From positions 49,538,001 to 49,602,000 of the forward strand of contig OX597825.1 of the NCBI GenBank assembly GCA_951406725.2: a DNA stretch of 64,000 nucleotides, read 5' to 3'. The position numbers and the translations under genes are program-made. Positions within the stretch are counted from its first letter, which is position 1, and each line of letters starts with the position of its first letter. The notes beneath the pieces were generated by a model. The model had not been told where the DNA came from, searched no databases, and saw only the letters and a program-made list of their open reading frames with translations. Positions 54,549 through 64,000 of this stretch are shown here, piece after piece. The stretch comes from Octopus vulgaris (taxonomy: Eukaryota).

Positions 54549-56433
54549 AATTTGTATGGTTTGGCAGGTCAGTGCTTAGTAATATAAAAATATATATTTG
54601 TGAAGATGTACATATATGTATACATTAGACCTGTACAAATACATTTATACAGATGTTTATAAATAACAATATCTACACATGAAACCCTTATTCGCATGTA
54701 TACGCGCACATGCGTACCCACATATACGGGCATCAGTAAGTATCATCGCCCCTGTATGCAGGTATATATACCTTGCATGCATACGCACATTTTCACATAC
54801 CCACATATATACATATACACATACACTCACTCATACATATACACGCATACATGGATGGACGCACATACAAACGCACGTACATGCGCACCCACATGTACGT
54901 GTATCTGCAAGTATTATCGCCCCTGTATACGCAGGTATATATACCTTGCATGCTTACGTACATTTATACATACCCACATACATATAAGCATACACTCGTT
55001 CATACGTATACACGCATACATAGATGGATGTACACACAAAGGAATATAATTAGATGGTTGTGATATTCGAGTATGAGTGAGGAATTAGATAAGGATTAGG
55101 GATTAGAAAGTAGATTTATAAGATTATTGACCCAAAAAGTAGAGAGGAAAAATACAACAAAAAAATCACACAATACAGACACTGCATAGATACCTCCACG
55201 TCCAACACCAGAAACACAAGCCATCCCACACGTACTACCCCAAAAACAACAGCAAACACAAATACCACAACTACCACCACCACCACAACAACAACAACAA
55301 TAACCCTCAGCACAACAGCAACAACAAACACAAAGTAAAGAAATTAGTATTACAAACTACATAGCAATAAGCACAAAAAATGGATTAAGTACATAATAAC
55401 ACACTGAACGTAGCACCAGATTATATCACACCTACACTCTCCCTACCTGGACAAAAAGAAATCGTTCAAACAGCACAAAACACATACACACACTTAAAAA
55501 CCCAATTCCCACAGGACATCGGAGATTTTCGAGGGAATATCAGCAAGCGAACTCGATGATTTACTGCTATAAACACCCCAAACTAGCAGGAGGGACGGGC
55601 ACCCAACTCGCCAAACAGAACCAAGTAACTTTTCCATTTTCGTTTCATTTCTTTTCCTGACAATCTGGTCGTCCCCTGAATAGGCAGCGTGAATGTACGT
55701 GACCTGGGGTTGCCTTGGACGCGGAGTCACCAGCTCAACGATCTCAGGGCAATGAATGTCAACGTGGTGGCCATTAGTTAAACAAGAATTTCCGACACGG
55801 GATTTCCAACTCATTTTTGGTGACTATGAGGTGTATCCATCTCCAAGTTGTCCGGGATCGGGAGGTGGAATCATCGTGACGTTTCGAAAATAATCTGGAT
55901 GTTGCAATGCGGACGATCTTCCAGGATCCGGAAAGCATGTCGGTGGTCCTGGACATACTTTCAAACTAGTAGCTGTCTATGACACGACAGGGGAATGTCG
56001 ACCAGATTTCTTCAGACGCCTGGAAACTTTCATGGAAACGTCCGGCTCTTTAGTGTTAGTGAGGTACTAGAATGGAGCTTTAGATGTAAGTTGGTATTGT
56101 GTGGGTTTAGCAGACAGGAGAGGAGGGTGAAAGAGTTCGCAAACTTGCTCACACAATTCTGAAACAACGGGCCCCTGCCCCCAAAGTCAGGATACCCATG
56201 GTTTTTATGGGGCTTTTCAACGAGCAGCCATAGAACGTCTCCTCCCTATTGAGGACTACACATTGTTGATTCTTTCTTTTCTCATATACGAATGTGTTGC
56301 ATGTGTAGATATTGATATGTATAAACATCTGAATAAATATATTTGTACATGTCTAATGTATACATATGTGTACATCATCACAAATATATTTTCTTATATT
56401 ACTAAGCACTGACCTACCAAACCATACAAATTT
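54549..56433. repeat. ~150-bp inverted repeats (54549-54697 / 56285-56433) enclosing a ~170-bp tandem duplication and a GC-richer segment
   Basis: AATTTGTATGGTTTGGCAGGTCAGTGCTTAGTAATATAA vs TTATATTACTAAGCACTGACCTACCAAACCATACAAATT; tandem units start ~54701 and ~54871. Confidence 0.85.
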
Positions 56434-56575
56434 TGTTAGACTTTTTTTACATGTAAAATGCTTACAACACATACTCACACACATACACGCACATATTCTT
56501 TGTTTTTGTCGTTACTGTCCATAATGTTTTCTTAATTTAAACCCTTTTGGTTAATAAGGAAATCATTATTATTAA

Positions 56576-56577
<2 letters not shown>

Positions 56578-56613
<36 letters not shown>

Positions 56614-56686
56614 GCAGTAGTAGTATGGTAGTAGCAGCAGCAGCATCGGCAGTTGTAGTAGCAGTAGTAGTAGTAGCAGCAGCAGC

Positions 56687-56741
<55 letters not shown>

Positions 56742-56768
56742 ATAGTAGTAGTAGTAGTAGTAGTAGTA
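56578..56768. repeat. (ATT)n/(GCA)n/(GTA)n compound microsatellite
   Basis: direct reading. Confidence 0.95.
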
Positions 56769-59454
56769 ACTGCTTCACTATCTTTGGAAGAACTGATTAA
56801 ATCCCCATTATAAAATGAAATATTCTAAACAAGTAATTTACAGGAAGATAAACATTTGCTTTACGTTTAGTTTTAATTTATTTAATTCCCCGTCTTGGAA
56901 ACAGTAGTGTGTTCCCTTCCGTATCCTTCGATGTCCAATTTAGTAATGTGATTAATCAACACATCACTAATTACATACCATACATGGTATGTTGTTACGA
57001 CTGAAATACTTCCATCTCCGAAATTTGAAGCACTCTTCCGTTTCATGAATTTCGATAGTTTCAGATTAACGTTAATTAAACTGAAAACTCCTGCAGTTGC
57101 GTGTGTACAGCTTCCCTGATTAGTCATCTAGAACACTGCTTGATGCCAACAGTGACATCAACATTGCCACCGTCAACACAGTCATCATGTTACCCATAAC
57201 CGTCGTCATAATCGTAGTTGCTATCGTCATTGTTGTTATCATCGAGTCGTCATCAGCATCAGCATCGTCATTACCCTTCTTATCCTCAAACTCACCACCA
57301 CCATTGTCGTAATTGTCATTATCTCAATCGTTGATGTCTTGCAAAATCCACGAAGCCATCAGTACTTCTACTCCCATTAATACCATCATAACTATCGTCA
57401 TCATCGTCATCATGATAACCATCGTAGTCGTATGAAAAAGCAGCTTCTATTTGTGAAGATATGGTATTCGTTGCAGAGAAGAACTGAAATATGAATGTCA
57501 TCCATAAATGAGGAGATACCATTCTCCGTCAATGACTCCATCAGCAGAACAAATCATCTTCATTGCGTGGATTTTCTAGGAGTCAAGACACAGACATAAG
57601 TAGGTATAAGTCAACAATAGAATTTCTTATGAGGCCATTGATCTCTAAGTAATGGCCACCAAAGCTCCATTAGACCAAACACTACATACTTAAAGCGAAA
57701 GACAAATTGATATTGGATGTTAATGCCAGAATCTCCTTCCTCACAGATCTGCTCCACCATGTTTGACCTAGGAATAAAACATTTTCCAGTATCATTATAT
57801 ATGTAGTAGCAATGTCTGATGACTAACTAATATCATACCCTTCGAACTATTAATAAATATTTCATTGACACAAAATATTAGAGCTGGTACCGATGTGCGT
57901 TTGTATATGCATTAGAAATGTTATACAGACAGTTGTTTTAATATCATGCTGTTACATGTTTGCTTAATCCAAGCCTGGCCAGCTTTCGCACAAATCACAG
58001 AATGTTTTGTTTCTTGATTTCTATATTGAATAATTGATCGTGAGTTAATTCAGAATGCCCGTGTATATTCGTAAGTAACAATGTCATATCGAGCCAAAAC
58101 AGTGCCGTCTGAAGAACTTGTGGCATCATCCTCAGCAAGTTCTGTTTTTACCACAAAGACTCATGAGAAGTTTCAATGTGTCATAATGTCACAGTTAAGA
58201 CTCTGATACGTTTGTATATACATTAACAATGTTGATGTAATTTTATATATCATGGAATGAGATGAACAAAATAGTAAAACCAAGTTTTCAACCATAGATT
58301 AGAATGCATTGTACTAGTTAAAAGTAAAGAGCACATGTATCTTAACTAAATCCCCAAAAGGTATCATGATGCGACCTTTATTACAAATATATTGAATCAA
58401 CTTAAAATACTTACAACTATGGCGAGCGAATGTTTAATTTTTTGTTACAAAGGTAATTTAACAGAGGTATTATAGTTATAGACTGCGTTAACTCGCAGGC
58501 CTGTGACACGTATTTCATACAGTAAATATATAAAAGTATTGATTACAGATAAAATATGATTAATATAAAAGACGCATATGAAAAGAGGTAACGAACCTAA
58601 ACACATACACTGTTGTTAGTAACAAATCCAATCACTGTAGGCTTTATTCACTTGTTAAAGTATCCTATAAATTGATCAAAACCGATCATGATATGATAAA
58701 ATGCAGTGGACACATAGTTAGCAAAATGTCTTTAATAGATTCTCTGATGATTTATAGAAATAATTTGCTTTTGTTTGTTTTGTCAATAATAAAATATTTC
58801 AAAGTAAATGTAGGATATTTTACATGACAACTTCCATATACTAAATGTTTGCTAATGTATTAAGAAAGAAACCTATAAACATCCTATATTTAGTGTGCAT
58901 ACGACTATCACTTAAATTATGGTATATAGTGGAAATGATAACGTAAATTTTGTTTTATTTTATTTCTAGTAGTCGACATTAAAACAAAATGGCGTATAAA
59001 ATATTGACGATGTTAGACATTCAACGACACAAGCCAAACTTGTTGGGGAAGAAAAGAAAAAGAAAGAATGGTACTCAAATAGCTTCATCGAATCTATCAG
59101 TAAATTATTAATGAGTTATTGAACAAAATAACCATTGTAAGATACTATAATACTTTTGAAAATTTTATCATGTTTTCAGAAAACGGAAGGCAGTGTTTAA
59201 CTAGAGAAAACCTGTTTATTTACGATTCAGAAACCGTTATAGCCATTACAAACTGGCCTCTTTTTCATAGGTTTCTTTTAATCAGCATTGAAAATGTTTC
59301 ACACATCTCATATTTGTATAGCGCATGGTGTTTGGTGTAATGTAATGTTTTTTGAAAACATTCACACACGATTTCAGGCATACCTTTACGCATATATTTG
59401 CACATACATGCAACACAGTTAAGCATGCTCTCAGACACAAAACAAACACACACA

Positions 59455-59533
<79 letters not shown>

Positions 59534-59618
59534 CCTCTATCGCATACACACACAGTCACTCTAGCACACAAACACAAACATAAACCAGCGCACAAATTTT
59601 CTTCATCATAACATTGAT

Positions 59619-59653
<35 letters not shown>

Positions 59654-59654
59654 T

Positions 59655-59738
<84 letters not shown>
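59619..59738. repeat. (ATC)n(ATT)n microsatellite
   Basis: direct reading. Confidence 0.95.
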
Positions 59739-59739
59739 G

Positions 59740-60790
59740 AAGAAAAGGCACTGTATCCAATTTTTAATATTGTAGATCGTGTGTACTCGGGATTTGTGCT
59801 GTTTGGGATATCTTAACAAGGACCTCATACAAACAACACTTTACACTGTATGGATACAGTTTCAAGTAACGCCGATTTTTTGCGTGATTTATATCCGTTT
59901 TCAATGCCTGGACCTGTACAGCGATGATCAGGCTTTCAGTTCTCTTTTTAAGTTCACCTCTGCTGATTTACATCCATGCTGCTTCCTGGATTTTATGTTG
60001 TTAATTTCGCGGTGGAACTGACCATGTAATTGCATGTGGAGTAGGGTTTCTTCTTCCACGTTGAGTGTTCATGGTCAGAATTCATTAGCACTCCCAACTC
60101 CATTGTTGGTAAATGCTTCTATGTTAGCAGCACACTGTATCAGGTTTTGTTCGCTGTTTACCGAATACTCTGACAAATGTTTTCTTTCACTGTCGATGCA
60201 CTCCAGTAGGCTTATCAATTTACATCTAGATTTACCACTCTTCATGTACATCCAGTGTACGTTCGCCTTAAAGTAAAGGGCATCGTACATTGTCATCGTC
60301 TTTCGGGTAGTGCGATCGAGTTGGTCAATCTTATTATTAAAGACGTCTCACACTATCCAATATTGCATTGCTGTAGATTAAAAGTATGAGTACCGGGGAT
60401 TTGTACTAATTGCCAAGTAACAAGGATATCAGATAGACATTACTCTACACAGTATACGTGCAGTTCCAAGAAAAGCTGATTTTTGCAATATATCAAGATT
60501 GTAAGGTATGTCTAATGTATCCAAATGTTTCTTCGGGTTGAATGGTATTGAACCCAATGCTCCGATGACAACATCAACATTTATATCTCCTTCCGCTGCT
60601 GTCACAATTGGCGACCTTCATTTTCACTTCTCCATATGTGTCACTTTTTTGTTCATGACAATATGTTGACCTGGCACAGCCCGGTCAATTGCTAAGCGCT
60701 TTTACTCGTTCCTCCTAAATGAGCTATTTGTACCACTCTTCTTTGCGACTCAGATCATTAGGTTGTAATATTACCTTCGATTCTCCGCTT
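59740..60790 (-). mobile_element. R4/Dong-like LINE fragments (at least two pieces)
   Basis: LDRTTRKTMTM..KANVHWMYMK..LISLLEC; LHGQF; IDRAVPG; VDVVIGALGSIP..LQKSAFLGTARIL; abuts (ATT)n. Confidence 0.75.
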
Positions 60791-61359
60791 ATCCCAAAGC
60801 TCCTTCTGTTTGCTTGATTTCATCTGTGTTTTTTGCAATCAGTTCACCAACTAAAATTGAAGAGGATCGAATATACTTCAGGATTCCATCACTGTTTTGC
60901 GTGCATAGTCATCTTAGCGTCTATATTCATTCTGTGTTTGCATGCTGCACTCACTGAAAATTTGATTGATATTCTCGTCTTTTTTCTGGCAGATCCTCTA
61001 TTTGCTGTATCACTGAGTTTTGTTGATCAGATTTGTTCAAGGGGCTTGTTCCTGAACGGCTATAATTAGCGTTACTAATTCTCGTCTCAGTTTCCCGTCC
61101 CTTAACAAAAGCCACAGATCTTAACTTCTAGAATTCTCACTTTGTTGCATGAATTGGCCGTGCAGTTTCATTTCATTCCATTTTAGTATACTGTTATTCT
61201 TCCTTTTCTATTTGAATTCTCCTGATGTTTCATTGATTTTCTCACTTTCCTCTGCCACAACATGATTTTTCAGACTGAGTATAGCAGTAAAAACAGTGTT
61301 TTTGACCTTTATTAATCCTCTAACTCATTTCTTCCTACTCTAGAAGCAAGACCAGAAAT

Positions 61360-61397
<38 letters not shown>

Positions 61398-61399
61398 CT

Positions 61400-61708
61400 T
61401 TTATTTTTTACTTGTTTCAGTCATTTGACTGCGGCCATGCTGAAGCATCACCTTTAGTTGAAGAAATTGAGCCAGTACTTATTGTATCGGTTTTCTTTTT
61501 CTTTTGTTAAACCGTTAAGTCACAGGGACGTAAGCACATCCATATCGGCCGTCAAGCGATAGCTGGTGGGACAAACACAGACACTCAAATACATATTTTT
61601 GTGTGTGTTGTGTGTTTGTGTGTGTATGTATGTATTTCTGTTTCTGTGTTTGTCCCCCAACCATCGCTTGAAAACCGATGTGGGTGTGCTTATGTCCCTG
61701 TGACTTAA
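61400..61708 (-). mobile_element. SINE family A 3' half with a fold-back copy (~61515-61585 / ~61640-61708)
   Basis: CTTGTTTCAGTCATTTGACTGCGGCCATGCTG; TTAAGTCACAGGGAC.TAAGCAC vs GTGCTTATGTCCCTGTGACTTAA. Confidence 0.75.
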
Positions 61709-61769
61709 CATTTGAAATATTGTCGAGGTAAATCCAACTGAAGAAGACGAATTAAATTTACGATAACGT

Positions 61770-62450
61770 ATCTGCTTTCTATCATAATGTGGGTTCTTAT
61801 TTTTTTATCCTTGAGGTTATCGTTCTGACAGATTTCATTATAGAGAGTCCTAGCTACAACCTCATGCCTCATCGTTAGATAATAGCGTGATAACATTTTC
61901 GGACAATTGTTTATGATGTGGATAATATTTACAGTGTTAATTCCGCAAAGTCTGCATAAGTTGTCACATTTTACTGCTTTTCCTGCATCTCTATCCTTTT
62001 TGTGCATCTGATACTTGGTTGATATTTCCTGTTCCTGGATTGCAGACGCGTACCCTTCAAAGTGGGAGGTAGCAATCCGGCTATTGGTCCATGATATACT
62101 ACTTTCATAATCAATGTTACTATCACCTTGGAGCTTTCTACTATCATATCCATGCATAGTCTTTCGCTCATATATGCTCATCCTTTCATCCAATGATATG
62201 TTGCAGTTGAGTCATGCGACTTCTTTGGGCATGTTTTCTAGGTTATCAGACACAGAATATTGTTCACGGAGTTGCCTTCGAAGTCTTATGATATTATCAG
62301 CATCATGTATGCAAACTTGCTCAAGGGATGGACTTCGATAGTTGGTGGTTAAAAGATGTTGTCCGAAGGGATATGATACTACATTGAAAAGCATTCTGGA
62401 TCGATGTTAAGCTTCTGCTGCCTTGCTTTCGTTTTAGGTAGAGGCGGCCT
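61770..62450 (-). mobile_element. R4/Dong-like LINE post-RT/CCHC fragment
   Basis: RLYLKRKQGSRSL; MHGY; FEGYASAIQEQEISTK; CRLCG..IHIINNCPKM..YLTMRHEVVA. Confidence 0.8.
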
Positions 62451-63689
62451 ACATATGTATGTGTGTATGTATGTATTATATATGTATGTTTGTATGTATG
62501 CATGCTTAGAATCTTATTTAAAACAGTTTGATCTGGCTTAAAATTATTGATGCGGCTTAAAATTTAGCCGACCTCTTTACAGAAACCTGGCTCGTTCAGG
62601 CTTAATTAACATCTATATATTGCTTCATTTTTGTTACCATGATCAGTAATTTACTTAGGAACGAATATCACGTTTGAACACATTTTTGTTTGTATTCTTA
62701 TTGCTATTATAATTCATACATGAAATATCTCTAGATTAATCGATTAATCAGCAACTACTTTTACAAAGCTAATTACGCTTGAGAGTGCAATAATTAGCTT
62801 TGTTTATATTATCTGTACATATGAATACATTCACGGCTACAGATTTTATAATCTTAAATTAATCCAAGGTATTATCATATATATTTATTATACATTTCTA
62901 TGATTTCTGTACGTAATTACACAGAAATATGTAGACAACAAAGCGTCAGATAAAATAATATCTATATCTGCGATGGCGTGGAAAGCTCCAAATACATTAT
63001 GTTTTTAGAGAGTGGTTGATAAAAGAGCGCAATTTAGAAAGCCTTAATATAACGCGGTATTTTATGAGTTCGACTCCTACCGATGTCAAGTGCAGAAATG
63101 ATCAAATACATTCAATTCTGTTATATGCAGTGCTCATATTTGTATAGATGCCACATCCAGACACTTACACACAAACTGCTTAAGTGTTAAACAACAATGT
63201 AGTTTCACCAAATAACACGAGAATACACCTCGATGTATAGGTACGTACGACACATATTAACATATTTTTTGGATTCGCAGTTATAAAATATACCGAAACA
63301 GAAATAGGAATAAAAGTATTTAGAGAGAGAAGTCGAATCTTCTTACCTATTAACAATGAGATACATTCAATGAAATTATGGGTGATAAATGCAAAGTTTT
63401 AGTTTTTAAGCATTTTCAAAGGTTTTGGGCTGCGTACATGATGTAAAATTTCTTCATTCATTGAATCTCTCGAAGCAGGTATTCGGAATATATGACAGAG
63501 AGGAATGAAAGGAATGCCGTAGCTGTGAGAGTTGAAATCTTAAGCCAGTACCAGAATGATATTTACATTTGTACTTGGAATAAATAGCATGGAACCATGG
63601 ATAACAATCAAGAAATGTCCTATGATGTAGAAAAATGAAGCTAAGTAATCTATAGTAGATGCTATATGTCTGTGAGTGTGTGTGTGTAT

Positions 63690-63785
63690 GACGGACTTCT
63701 TTCAGATTCCGTCTCCCAAATCCACTCAAGACTTTGGTCTGACCGAGGCTATAGTAGAAGACACTTGCCCAAGATTCCACGCAGT
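63690..63785 (-). mobile_element. SINE family A fragment
   Basis: CTTCTTTCAG.TTCCGTCT.CCAAATCCACTCA..GAGGCTATAGTAGAAGACACTTGCCCAAG. Confidence 0.75.
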
Positions 63786-63794
63786 TTATCTTCT

Positions 63795-64000
63795 TAGCAT
63801 TTTAAAAGATCATCAGCCACAGAGGAAATATTCAACAAACATGCACCATACTATAATGAAGCGTTAGCTACGGCTGTATATAAAGGAAACATCAAGCTTG
63901 AAAATAATGAAACCCCATATAATAATAACGCAAACGCAAAAAAAGGTAGAATACATACATAACACGAATGAAGTTCACAAACGAATAACAACACACAAAT
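63795..64000 (+). mobile_element. PLE (Naiad-type) thumb fragment
   Basis: EIFNKHAPYYNEALATAVYKGNI, same motif as DIFNQKAEFYNAALSKAGY in the element at the window start. Confidence 0.6.

Overview
AT-rich, microsatellite-dense eukaryotic DNA. The SINE and transposon content resembles an octopus/cephalopod genome (inference). I cannot support any host protein-coding gene. The window is a patchwork of mostly degenerate transposons: several Penelope-like elements (PLEs; RT + GIY-YIG), a HERO-like and several R4/Dong-like restriction-endonuclease LINEs, an RTE LINE, an I-group LINE, mariner, maT/DD37D and Chapaev3-like DNA transposons, and tRNA-derived SINEs. The notable signal is non-coding: a cluster of type I hammerhead ribozyme (HHR) motifs (CUGANGA...GAAA...UH with short palindromic stem III). 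Two well-formed HHRs sit in a 492-bp tandem repeat (17038-17998, minus strand). A diverged homolog at about 14803-15205 has different stem sequences that still pair. This points to a structured, non-coding, retrozyme-like family that could yield ~492-nt monomer or circular RNAs. Further HHR motifs occur at 2125 (+), 13961 (-) and 51770 (+), with weaker ones elsewhere. Coordinates of degenerate elements are approximate and were read by eye.
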